Assembly (NCBI GenBank): GCA_050251875.1
Contig: JBFWMA010000002.1
Location: 160,001 to 224,000, forward strand
Length of the DNA stretch: 64,000 nucleotides
Direction: 5' to 3'
Source: Deferribacterales bacterium
GTDB taxonomy: Bacteria; Chrysiogenota; Deferribacteres; Deferribacterales; Geovibrionaceae
The notes beneath the pieces are model-generated. The model had not been told where the DNA came from. It did no database searches and saw nothing but the letters and a program-made list of their open reading frames with translations. A program made the position numbers and the translations under genes. The stretch's first letter is position 1; the number at the start of each line of letters is the position of its first letter. Below are positions 18,818-28,071 of this stretch, piece by piece.

Positions 18818-20764
18818 TTACATAAAGAATTGCGGGTCACGGTCGAATTTGATTCGCAGACTGGTCTTCACCTGTTCCTTAAGCGATGCTGACGCTATCT
18901 GAATCAGCCTCGTCATCTCCTGATTCGTTTTCGATTTTATCACTATTCCGTAACGGTATCTGTTGGCTATCTTATAAACAGGCGCCTGAGCGGGATAAAA
19001 CACTTCCGCCCCTTCAGAATATCTTTTCAGCGTGTCATAGATGAAAAACGCCGCCTCTCTCACATTGTCCTCTTTGGTGTGGGACAGGGTTATCCGGCAC
19101 ATTTTATAAAAAGGCGGATAGTTGAACGTTCTGCGCTTGATGAGCTCCATGTCATAGAAATCTGTGTCGGCGCAGTTCAGCCTGCTGAAAACATCCAGCT
19201 CGGGAACGTTGGTCTGGATAATCACCCGCCCTCTGGTGGATGCTCTTCCGGCTCGTCCAGCCACCTGAAGCAGCAGCTGATAAGCTCTTTCGTTCGCCCT
19301 GAAATCGGGCAGGGAGAACATGTTGTCTATGTTTATGACTCCTGCCAGAGTCACGTTTTTAAAATCAAGTCCCTTCGCCACGAGCTGAGTCCCCGCCATG
19401 ATGGAGTATTCGCCGTTTTCAAAACTCTTCAGCATTTTCGACAGCTCCTTATAGCTGGATGCGCTGTCGGTATCCATCCTCAGGATTTTTTCACCGAAAA
19501 TTGTCTCCAGAGCCTCGGCAACCTTCTCCGTGCCGGCTCCGTAGTCCCTCATGTCGTCACTGCCGCATGCGTGGCATTTCGGGCGTTTTATCTCCTGCGA
19601 GCAGTAGTGGCATTTGCACACGCCTTTTGACTTATAGTATGTCACCGCCACCGAGCAGTTGGAACAGTTCAGTATCTGTCCGCATTTCTGACAGTAGAGC
19701 GTGTGTGAGTATCCTTTCCGGTTTATCAGCAGGATGACCTGCTCGCCCCTTTGCAGGGTGTTGTATATCTCTGTGTGGAGCCTGTCGGAGAGTATTCCTC
19801 CGATCATGTCCTCGTGCTTGGTGTCCACTATCTCAATGTCCGGCATGTCGGTGTCCGGACGGCAGGGGATGGCGTGATAGTGATATCTGCCCTCTCTGGC
19901 GTTCTGCCAGCTCTCCACGGACGGGGTGGCGCTGGACAGTATCACGGGTATGTTTAGAATCTTTCCATAGAGCACAGCCATATCGCGCAGGTGATAGGGA
20001 GGGTTCTCCTCCTGCTTGTAACTGCTCTCGTGCTCTTCGTCCACCACGATGAGCTCAATGTCCTCTGCGGGCAGAAAAAGAGCGCTTCTGGCGCCCAGAA
20101 CCATGGGCAGAAGCCCTTTATTGAATGTCCAGAAGGTCTCCCTTCGTTTCTTCGGTGTTTTTTTGCTGTGGTACGACATCACGTCAAAGCCGATCCGTTT
20201 GGAGAGTCTCTCCTCCATCTGCGGCGTCAGAGATATTTCAGGCACCAGATACATTACCTTTCTGCCTTTGGCTATCACATGCTTTGCCAGTTCTATGAAT
20301 ACTTCGGTCTTTCCGCTTCCGGTCACTCCGTGCACCAGATGTGTGGAAAAACCGCTGTCCAGATGCGGGAGTATGGAGTCATACACGCTCATCTGCGCCT
20401 GACTCAGCGTCAGGTCGGACGGTGTATACTTTTTCGGCTCGATGGGAGACGGCTCGGAAGCCAGAATAGTTTCAGACAGCACTCCTTTCAGAACGCCGCC
20501 GAGATTAGCGCAGTAATATGACGATATGCCTTTCAGAAGTTTCAGATAGCTTTCGCTAAAGACAGAATAGTCATCCGGAGCTTCTAAAATGTCTCTGTAT
20601 GTGATGTCCTCTTTCGGCTCAAAATTTTCACCGAGCACTATCCCCCACAGATCTCTTCTGCCGAGCGGAACATGGGCTCTCTGCCCCGGTTTCAGCTCTT
20701 TTTCAGAGGTGTAGGTATAGATCCCGCCCACAGGGACGGGCAGAAGGACATCGAAATACTTCAT
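18818..20764 (-). CDS. priA: Primosomal protein N' (replication restart helicase)
   Basis: GVTGSGKTE, VPEISLTPQ, DEEH, SATPS, four CxxC pairs, QVAGRAGR. Confidence 0.96.
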   Translation of the reverse strand: MKYFDVLLPVPVGGIYTYTSEKELKPGQRAHVPLGRRDLWGIVLGENFEPKEDITYRDILEAPDDYSVFSESYLKLLKGISSYYCANLGGVLKGVLSETILASEPSPIEPKKYTPSDLTLSQAQMSVYDSILPHLDSGFSTHLVHGVTGSGKTEVFIELAKHVIAKGRKVMYLVPEISLTPQMEERLSKRIGFDVMSYHSKKTPKKRRETFWTFNKGLLPMVLGARSALFLPAEDIELIVVDEEHESSYKQEENPPYHLRDMAVLYGKILNIPVILSSATPSVESWQNAREGRYHYHAIPCRPDTDMPDIEIVDTKHEDMIGGILSDRLHTEIYNTLQRGEQVILLINRKGYSHTLYCQKCGQILNCSNCSVAVTYYKSKGVCKCHYCSQEIKRPKCHACGSDDMRDYGAGTEKVAEALETIFGEKILRMDTDSASSYKELSKMLKSFENGEYSIMAGTQLVAKGLDFKNVTLAGVINIDNMFSLPDFRANERAYQLLLQVAGRAGRASTRGRVIIQTNVPELDVFSRLNCADTDFYDMELIKRRTFNYPPFYKMCRITLSHTKEDNVREAAFFIYDTLKRYSEGAEVFYPAQAPVYKIANRYRYGIVIKSKTNQEMTRLIQIASASLKEQVKTSLRIKFDRDPQFFM

Positions 20765-22296
20765 ATGTTGAGGACTCGCCTTTTCAGCTCCCTCTTAAGC
20801 ACTTTTCCGGTGGCGGTCATGGGCATATCCTCGCACAGATGTATGTGCTTGGGTATTTTGAAGTGCGCCAGCGATTTTCTCAGATAGCCTTTGATATCCG
20901 TTTCGGATATGGTTAAGCCCGGTTTCGGCTTGATATAGGCAACGGGTATCTCGCCGCTGTTCTTGTCCGGCAGACCGATCACCGCCGCCGCCTCTATTGC
21001 TTCGTGCTTGTGGAGCAGTTCTTCTATCTCTCTGGGGTATACGTTTATGCCTTTTACTATTATCAGGTCTTTTTTGCGATCCACTATGTAGATGTAGCCT
21101 TCCTCGTCCAGCTTAGCCAGATCGCCTGTGAAGAGCCATCCGTTTCTCAGCGTCATGTCGGTGAGTCCTGGCATGTTCCAGTATCCGGTCATCACGTTCG
21201 GACCTTTTACTATCAGCTCGCCCACTGTGCCCACAGGCTGTTCCACTTCGTTCTCGTCAACGATCTTGACCTCCACTCCGGGCAGGGCGGGACCGACTGA
21301 CAGAGCCTTCTGGCGTTCCAGCGTGTTGCAGCTCACCACGGGAGAGGCTTCGGAAAGTCCGTATCCCTCTACTATGGGGCGTTTGAATTTTTCTCTGAAA
21401 CGGATAAGCGTTTCCTCCGGCAGAGGAGCGCCGCCGCTCACATGCAGACGCACAGGGTAGACGAATTTTACAAACCATCTGGGCATCTTTGATCTGATGA
21501 GCGCTGTATATACCTGTGGAACGCCCAGGAAGAATGTGGGGCGCTGAAACAGCAGGATGTTTCTGAATGATTTTTTCTTAAGATCGGCCACACTGCCGAG
21601 GATTATGATGGATGATCCGGCATAGGTGGGCAGAATGACGCAGGTCATCAGGGCGTATGCGTGGAATGAAGGCAGAAACAGCAGAAACCTGTCGTTGACG
21701 GTCACTCTGAATCTTTCCAGACATCCCTTGGCGTTGGAGACCAGATTGAAGTGCGTCAGCATGGCTCCTTTCGGGTGTCCTGTGGTGCCTGATGAATATA
21801 TGAAGACTGCGTGGTCTTCCGGACGTATTTCTACTTCCGGTTTTTTATCAGTGACTTTGTTTATCAGCCTGACGATATTTTCTGACTGGAACTTGGTGTC
21901 TTCGTATGTCATGACGGTTTTCAGGCTGGGGCATTTGTCCGTGATTTCCTCCGCCACTTCTTTGAAAGCGGACGATGTGACGAACAGTTTCGCTCCGGAA
22001 TCGTTGATGATGTAAACCACCTCTGCCTGAATGAAGAAAGTGTTGATGGGGATGCAGACGCATCCTGCTTTTAATATCCCGAAAAGGCTGATGAAGAACT
22101 CAGGGCTGTTCTCCAGCATCACGGCGACTCTGTCGCCTTTGTTTATGCCTCTTTTGTGCAGGAGATTCGCCAGCTTGTTCGCCTTGGAGTTTATCTCTCT
22201 GTAGCTGTATTTGTCTTTATCAAATGTCAGATACTTTTTTGAACCCCTGAGTGATGCCTGCTCCTCAAGAGCCTTATGCACCAGATCAATAGGCAT
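20761..22296 (-). CDS. Long-chain fatty acid--CoA ligase (AMP-binding)
   Basis: YSSGTTGHPKG, EGYGLSE, TGD, DRKKD, TGKV. Confidence 0.9.
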   Translation of the reverse strand: MPIDLVHKALEEQASLRGSKKYLTFDKDKYSYREINSKANKLANLLHKRGINKGDRVAVMLENSPEFFISLFGILKAGCVCIPINTFFIQAEVVYIINDSGAKLFVTSSAFKEVAEEITDKCPSLKTVMTYEDTKFQSENIVRLINKVTDKKPEVEIRPEDHAVFIYSSGTTGHPKGAMLTHFNLVSNAKGCLERFRVTVNDRFLLFLPSFHAYALMTCVILPTYAGSSIIILGSVADLKKKSFRNILLFQRPTFFLGVPQVYTALIRSKMPRWFVKFVYPVRLHVSGGAPLPEETLIRFREKFKRPIVEGYGLSEASPVVSCNTLERQKALSVGPALPGVEVKIVDENEVEQPVGTVGELIVKGPNVMTGYWNMPGLTDMTLRNGWLFTGDLAKLDEEGYIYIVDRKKDLIIVKGINVYPREIEELLHKHEAIEAAAVIGLPDKNSGEIPVAYIKPKPGLTISETDIKGYLRKSLAHFKIPKHIHLCEDMPMTATGKVLKRELKRRVLNI

Positions 22297-22888
22297 TCAG
22301 TCCTCCGGGTCTGACACCGAACTTTATGAGTCTTTCAAAAAGCTCCGCAACGGGCAGACCGACAACGTTGTCATAGCATCCGTCAATTTTTTCCACCATC
22401 AGGCATCCTTTTCCCTGAATGGCGTATGAGCCCGCCTTGTCGAAGGGTTCTTCGGAGTTTATGTACCATTTGATGAAGTTGTCGCTGTAGTTTTTGAAAT
22501 ATACGTCTGTGGTTCTGAAAAATCTTTCGCAGACGGCGGCTCTTTTATTGATGATGGCGACACCTGTCGTCACCTGATGTTTTTTGTTTCTGAGAAACTG
22601 AAGAGTGGACATGACGTCTTCTTCGCCTTTGGGTTTGCCGAATATCTGTCCTTCGCAGGAAACGATGGTGTCGGCGGCGATGATGAACGCCTCGTCATAT
22701 ATGTTCGCCACGTCATAGCCTTTCATGGCGGCGTTTTTGATGGTGAGATCGCCCACAGGGATTTCGGGGTTCATATCTTCTATCGCTTTGGATGTGACAT
22801 ACTGAAAGTTGATGCCTATACGGGTCATTAGTTCTCTTCGTCTGGGAGACCCGCTCGCCAGAATTACTTTTTGAAACATGAGATGCAC
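22286..22888 (-). CDS. maf: Maf-family nucleotide pyrophosphatase
   Basis: LASGSPRR, ADTIV, GKP, DKAGSYAIQG, NVVGLP. Confidence 0.92.
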   Translation of the reverse strand: MHLMFQKVILASGSPRRRELMTRIGINFQYVTSKAIEDMNPEIPVGDLTIKNAAMKGYDVANIYDEAFIIAADTIVSCEGQIFGKPKGEEDVMSTLQFLRNKKHQVTTGVAIINKRAAVCERFFRTTDVYFKNYSDNFIKWYINSEEPFDKAGSYAIQGKGCLMVEKIDGCYDNVVGLPVAELFERLIKFGVRPGGLNAY

Positions 22889-23400
22889 CTTTCATCCTCT
22901 CTGATGTTATTTATGATTACTTTTGTAATGTATCCTGTGGCGGCTCCAGCCAGCACGGAAAAAAAGCAAAAATAGGGTAATAAGTTATAGATCGCATCGG
23001 TTTTTATGTAAAGATTTTTTACCACGAAGAATTGTAAACATATGTGCGTAAGTGCTCCGAGAGCGCCTATAGAGACCGGAGAGAGTATCCGTCTCAGCAG
23101 AAGATAAGACAGCGCCATGGCGGCGGTGGACGCCAGAGTGGCGGGGAGCGAGATGGATAGTTTTACCACCAGATTTCCTGTGAGCAGAGGAACCAGAATG
23201 GACTTGGTGACCGCCACATAAAAAGCCGCCGGGATATCCAGCAGATAGAGACAGAGCATTATGCCTATGTTGGACAGACCGATACGCACACCCGGAACGG
23301 GCAGGGCGATGAAAGATTCCAGCACGCCCAGAGAAACCGTCATGGCGGCGAAAAGCCCCGTCATGGCGAGTCTGTTGTGTTTATTGTGAGATAGCGTCAT
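22864..23400 (-). CDS. Gx transporter / heptaprenyl diphosphate synthase component I family membrane protein
   Basis: LESFIALPVPGVRIGLSN motif, several hydrophobic helices, directly after NusG-II gene. Confidence 0.78.
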   Translation of the reverse strand: MTLSHNKHNRLAMTGLFAAMTVSLGVLESFIALPVPGVRIGLSNIGIMLCLYLLDIPAAFYVAVTKSILVPLLTGNLVVKLSISLPATLASTAAMALSYLLLRRILSPVSIGALGALTHICLQFFVVKNLYIKTDAIYNLLPYFCFFSVLAGAATGYITKVIINNIREDERCISCFKK

Positions 23401-23725
23401 AGTCCTGTTCTTTGCACTCGATGACCAGCGCCAGATGCTTTGGCACGCACACGGCGGTGTCTCCGCATTTGGTCACCCATCCCTGTTTAATGCATATCTT
23501 ATTGGGGCAGTTGGATTCCACGAATCGCGCCCCCTCTTCGGATGTCTCTATTAAAACGTGTCCGTTGTCCAGCTTCAGAAAATCCTTTTGCAGGGTCAGC
23601 TCGGTTTTTATGTTATTGTTTATCAGATAGAGTCTTTTCTCGCCTTCGTGTCCTCTGAACATGAAGAAGAGCACACCGCACAGAAGCAAAGCGATAAATA
23701 TCAGGTCTGATTTATTTTTTTTCAA
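23381..23725 (-). CDS. NusG domain II (Lin0431-like) membrane-anchored protein
   Basis: N-terminal TM helix; SNCPNKICIKQGW and AVCVP motifs. Confidence 0.85.
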   Translation of the reverse strand: MKKNKSDLIFIALLLCGVLFFMFRGHEGEKRLYLINNNIKTELTLQKDFLKLDNGHVLIETSEEGARFVESNCPNKICIKQGWVTKCGDTAVCVPKHLALVIECKEQDYDAISQ

Positions 23726-24620
23726 AGTTTTCCCAGCCGCAGAGTTTTACGATCTTATCATTGACGGTGTATAAAAGTACAGGCGTTTTGAGTTTTTTGC
23801 ATTTCACTGCCACTTCTTTTTTGTTCATCAGAAAGAAAGCGGTGGCAAGTCCGTCCGCCTCTTCGGCGGATTCGGCGATCACGCTGACGCTGTGATAGAA
23901 GGGCGGGTTTTCGCCTGTGGTGGCGTCAAAGATATGGAATATTCTTCTGCCGTCTTTGGCTGTAAAAAATCTTTCGTAGTCGCCGCTGGTGGCTACCGCC
24001 ATGTTTTCCAGATTTATCACGGAGATGTGGTCTCTGGTGTTCAGCGGGTGCTGTATGGCTATGCGCCATTTTCTGTCGGGTCTCCTGCCCATGGCATAGA
24101 GATCGCCTCCGGCGTTTACCATGGCATTTTTCACCCCGTCATCCCTGATGGACTGCACAGCCTCGTCTATGATCCATCCTTTGGCGTATGCTCCCAGATC
24201 GATGTATATGTTCTGGGCTCTGCTGATGTTGTCCAGCGCCTGTTCCACTGTCTGCTCATCCGGAACGGAATAGTTGCCGTCCGGAAAACCATAGAGTCTG
24301 GATATTGTGGCGGACGCTATGTTGAATCTGCCGTCTGTCAGCGTTTCATATATTTTGCCCCGTTTTATCAGCTCGGATATGTCATAAACGGGGGTGTAGC
24401 TGTTGTTTTTGTTGAATTTCGCAGTCTCTTCCTTAACGAGGGCTTCCAGAGTGTTTATCCTGTTTCTGGAGTCTATTATGGCGTTCTGGCTCTTTTCGGG
24501 CACGGTGACGGACACGAAAGTCCCCATGGCGTAAAACTGCTCGGTCTTATAGGTTTCGCCGCATCCGGCGGTCAGAAGTGTCAGAAGCAGAATGGCAGAG
24601 AGGCGGAACATCCTGGACAT
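23712..24620 (-). CDS. apbE: FAD:protein FMN transferase, lipoprotein
   Basis: TAGC lipobox, AMGT, DLGAYAKG, NAGGD, ATSGDYER, ADGLATA. Confidence 0.92.
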   Translation of the reverse strand: MSRMFRLSAILLLTLLTAGCGETYKTEQFYAMGTFVSVTVPEKSQNAIIDSRNRINTLEALVKEETAKFNKNNSYTPVYDISELIKRGKIYETLTDGRFNIASATISRLYGFPDGNYSVPDEQTVEQALDNISRAQNIYIDLGAYAKGWIIDEAVQSIRDDGVKNAMVNAGGDLYAMGRRPDRKWRIAIQHPLNTRDHISVINLENMAVATSGDYERFFTAKDGRRIFHIFDATTGENPPFYHSVSVIAESAEEADGLATAFFLMNKKEVAVKCKKLKTPVLLYTVNDKIVKLCGWENFEKK

Positions 24621-25564
24621 ATGTTTTTATCCGTATAAAGTTTAGTTTGATAGCCGGAACGTTCTATAAGCAGTTTTGAGCATTTCGGGCACAGGGTGTC
24701 GCTGTATCCGGGAATGTTCGTGTTGCCTATGTAGACATAGTTCAGATAGTTTTTAGCTGTTTTTGCGAGTTCGGTCAATGTATTGTTTGGCGTGGGCGGA
24801 ATGTTGTACTGGTGCTGGGGAAAATATCTGGACAGATGCAGGGGGATATCCGGGCTGAGCGATGCTATGAATCCGCACATCTGTTTAAAAGTCTCTATAT
24901 CGTCATTTTTTCCGGGGATAACCAGATTGGTGATCTCCACATGGATTTTCGCCGTTGAGAGAGCTGTTATGGTCTCTTTCACTGTTTCCAGATATCCGCC
25001 GTGCTCCCCGTAGAATTTCTGGGTAAATCCCTTCAGGTCTATGTTGGCGGCGTCCAGATATGGCGTCAGCTCTGCCAGCGGTTCTTTGTTTATCATCCCG
25101 TTGGATATTATCACGTTTTTCAGCCCCGCCTGTCTCACGGTTTTTGCGCAGTCTCTGACAAATTCGAACCAGATCAGAGGCTCGTTGTATGTGTAGGCGA
25201 TGCCGATGCTGTTATTTTCCAGCGCTATCTTAACCAGGCTTTCCGGTGTGGTCTCCTGACGTGTGCCGTCCATGGTGCTGAGCTGCCAGTTCTGGCAGAA
25301 TCTGCACGCCATGTTGCATCCGTGAGTGCCTATGGAGAGTATCTGCGATGAGGGGTGAAAGTGATAGAGCGGCTTTTTTTCTATCGGGTCAAGAGATGCG
25401 GAGGCAACCTGCCCGTATGAGCTCTGGATGAGCATGCCGTCTGTGTTTTTGCGGATGAGGCATCTTCCGTGACTGCCCGGTTTTATCAGACATCTATGCG
25501 GACACAGCAGGCATCTGACTTTGCTGTCGTCCTCCTTCTGCCAGTATTCCGCTATGACGCTCAT
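24581..25564 (-). CDS. amrS: AmmeMemoRadiSam system radical SAM enzyme
   Basis: CLLCPHRC, DPIEKKPLYHFHP, GCNMACRFCQNW, YTYNEP, YVYIGN. Confidence 0.9.
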   Translation of the reverse strand: MSVIAEYWQKEDDSKVRCLLCPHRCLIKPGSHGRCLIRKNTDGMLIQSSYGQVASASLDPIEKKPLYHFHPSSQILSIGTHGCNMACRFCQNWQLSTMDGTRQETTPESLVKIALENNSIGIAYTYNEPLIWFEFVRDCAKTVRQAGLKNVIISNGMINKEPLAELTPYLDAANIDLKGFTQKFYGEHGGYLETVKETITALSTAKIHVEITNLVIPGKNDDIETFKQMCGFIASLSPDIPLHLSRYFPQHQYNIPPTPNNTLTELAKTAKNYLNYVYIGNTNIPGYSDTLCPKCSKLLIERSGYQTKLYTDKNICPGCSASLPFCF

Positions 25565-25565
25565 T

Positions 25566-26540
25566 TTATTTTTCCCGGGCTACCATGTAGTCCGCCAGAA
25601 AGTCGAGAGCGTCTCTGTACTGTGACGGTTCGAAGAGCTCCAGATTCTTTTTGGCTTCGGCGATGTATTCGTCCACCACAGCCTCGGAACGTTTTTTCAC
25701 GTCATACTTGTTCATCAGCCCGAGGATGTAGTTCAGGTTTTCGTCTGTGGCTTTTTCATCCACGATGATGTCCCTGATGCGTTTGTTCTCCTCCGGTGTG
25801 GCTGATTCCATCAGCTTTATCACGGGGAGGGTGATTTTTCCTTCGTTCAGATCGGTTCCTGGTTTTTTGCCTGTTTTTTCAGGATCGCCCAGATAGTCCA
25901 GAATGTCGTCAGCCATCTGAAAGGCTATTCCCAGAGTGGTTCCGAAATTTTTCATGGCTGTCTGTTTTTCCACAGGCTGTCCGCCCAGAATGGCGCCTAT
26001 CTCGCAGCATGCGGAGAACATTACGGCTGTTTTTGATATGATGATGCGGATGTAGTCATCGAATGATATTTTCACGTCCGCTGTTTTTATAAGCTGGAAT
26101 ACTTCTCCCTCGCTCATGGTTCTTGCCGCCACGGCAAGAAGCATCTGGATGCGGCTGTCGCCGTCTTTCACCAGATTCATGAAGGCTCTGGAATAGAGAA
26201 AATCTCCGCAGAGGACTGTTATGTCGTTTCCGAAGACTCTGTTGGCGCTCTCTTTTCCTCTTCTGTAGAGGGCTCCGTCTATCACGTCATCGTGAAGAAG
26301 GGTGGCTGTGTGGATATATTCCACCACGCCGGAGAGCGCGGCGCTTCTGGGTCCTGTGTATCCGCTCATGAGAGCCGACAGGATGAGAAAAACCGGTCTC
26401 AGTCTTTTTCCGCCGCTTTCAAAAACATATGAGGCGACTTCGTTAACCATTTTGACATCTGAGTCAAGGTTCGCTATGAGCTCTTTCTCCACAGCTTCCC
26501 TTTCGTTTTTCACCAGCGCCAGAACGTCATTAATGTTCAT
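25566..26540 (-). CDS. trans-polyprenyl diphosphate synthase (IspB/HepT-like)
   Basis: GGKRLRP, LLHDDVID, FQMADDILD, DLNEGKITLP. Confidence 0.92.
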   Translation of the reverse strand: MNINDVLALVKNEREAVEKELIANLDSDVKMVNEVASYVFESGGKRLRPVFLILSALMSGYTGPRSAALSGVVEYIHTATLLHDDVIDGALYRRGKESANRVFGNDITVLCGDFLYSRAFMNLVKDGDSRIQMLLAVAARTMSEGEVFQLIKTADVKISFDDYIRIIISKTAVMFSACCEIGAILGGQPVEKQTAMKNFGTTLGIAFQMADDILDYLGDPEKTGKKPGTDLNEGKITLPVIKLMESATPEENKRIRDIIVDEKATDENLNYILGLMNKYDVKKRSEAVVDEYIAEAKKNLELFEPSQYRDALDFLADYMVAREK

Positions 26541-26656
26541 CTATTTTCCTCTGCAATTTTGAGTTGTTGAATTGTAAAATCGGAGTATATTGATACCGAT
26601 AACCGCACACACAGAATATACGATAATAAAATGCTTGTAAATAAAAAGGTATCAAA

Positions 26657-27331
26657 TTGAACGAGAGACAGTTGGAAGACAACCAATTAACCTATTATAA
26701 ATTGCTGGACGGTCTGCTTCTGAAATCCGGCGGGCGTGTCTGCGACTCTTCGTACAACAACTATATAACAGCTAAATATCTGGCGGATAAGAACCTGTTC
26801 GACACCATCTACACCCTGACATTCGACAGGCTGGAAACCACGGACAAGATAGTCCCTGTGAAGGTGGACATGTCCACAGCCCAGGCGATGCGCAGGCTGA
26901 GGGTGGACACCCACATATCGCTGGGCGGAACTTTTATGTTTCAGCCGGTGCACGATGTGGTGTATGCCCTGCACGGATCGCTGAATGTAGGCGGCAGGCT
27001 GGCGCTGGCTGTTTATCCGAATATCTATGATTCGCAGGGCAGGGATGTTCTGGCTATGCTGTCCGACCACGCACAGCAACCCGTGAAGGACAAGCTGAGG
27101 CGCTGGAGCGTCACGGTGGAAAATTCCATCCAGAACCTGTTCATGAACATCAAGACGGAGGAGATCATCTCCGACACATCCATACACGAGATCACATCAC
27201 TTTTCGGCAGCGAGAGCTTTCACCGCTTCATGTTTAAAAATGAGGTGGAGCACGAGATGTTTTTCGAACCGCTGAGCGATGAGCAGAAATACTATATGTC
27301 TTGGAAAATCATCAGGGGGTTGCGCATATGA
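26657..27331 (+). CDS. Hypothetical protein, possibly degenerate methyltransferase-like fold
   Basis: 224-aa ORF with TTG start, overlapping the RidA-family start; LNVGGRLAL resembles class I MTase segment but no GxGxG. Confidence 0.6.
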   Translation: MNERQLEDNQLTYYKLLDGLLLKSGGRVCDSSYNNYITAKYLADKNLFDTIYTLTFDRLETTDKIVPVKVDMSTAQAMRRLRVDTHISLGGTFMFQPVHDVVYALHGSLNVGGRLALAVYPNIYDSQGRDVLAMLSDHAQQPVKDKLRRWSVTVENSIQNLFMNIKTEEIISDTSIHEITSLFGSESFHRFMFKNEVEHEMFFEPLSDEQKYYMSWKIIRGLRI

Positions 27332-27705
27332 ACATTCCTTTTCAGACAGAGAGAGCGCCTGCGGCTATCGGACCTTACAGCCAGGCGATAATGACACAGA
27401 ACATGCTGTTCGTTTCCGGACAGATTCCGCTGGATCCGGAGACCATGAGAGTTGTGGAAGGCGGCATAACTGAGCAGACCAGAAGAGTTATGGAAAGCCT
27501 GATTGCCGTGGTGGAAGATGCCGGCTTCGATAAAAAAAGCATAGCGAAAGTGACGATATTCATTAAAAACATGGATGATTTCGGCACTATCAACGAAATA
27601 TACGCCGAATTTATGGGAGTATGGAGACCCGCCCGTGCTGTGGTGGAAGTCGCCAGACTGCCCAAAGACGTTCTCATAGAGATTGAGTGCGTCTGCGTCC
27701 GTTAA
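27328..27705 (+). CDS. RidA/YjgF family enamine deaminase
   Basis: APAAIGPYSQA, VSGQIP, PARAVVEVARLP, IEIE. Confidence 0.92.
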   Translation: MNIPFQTERAPAAIGPYSQAIMTQNMLFVSGQIPLDPETMRVVEGGITEQTRRVMESLIAVVEDAGFDKKSIAKVTIFIKNMDDFGTINEIYAEFMGVWRPARAVVEVARLPKDVLIEIECVCVR

Positions 27706-27716
27706 TATTAAATTAA

Positions 27717-27845
27717 GCGGAAATTCTTCCGTCCGTGGAGAATTTCCGCAAACGCTCCAATCGGCAATGCCTCGTTCCGCTCACGTTCCACTCATAAAAA
27801 CAGTAAACAGTTTTTATTCCCTCCACGGATTTCATCCATGAAATC
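27717..27845 (-). repeat. Structured repeat element related to the 111-bp unit at 48590-48851
   Basis: Three hairpins and shared motifs CAT(G)GATG, CRYGGAG, GTGGARYGTGAGYGGARCRAG, TCCAYGGAYGGA. Confidence 0.65.
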
Positions 27846-27863
27846 AGACTGTATTTAACTATC

Positions 27864-27953
27864 GGGATAGCAACGTCTGCCGCCCGGTCTCCTAGCTATG
27901 ACGTTTCAGATTTACGTCATTGCGAGACAGCCGCGGGCTGGCGTGGCAATCTC
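27864..27953. repeat. CGTC-type REP-like pair (outward orientation)
   Basis: GGGATAGCAACG...CTAGCTATGACG then CGTCATTGCGAG...GCGTGGCAATCTC. Confidence 0.7.
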
Positions 27954-28071
27954 TGTATTTTCAAATGTGACTTTATCTTAAAAGTTTTCTTACAAAATTC
28001 CCCCCTTCTGTTGTTTAGGTCATTTCTCATGATATACTTAAATATTCCCACAGTTTCATGGAGGGTGACCT

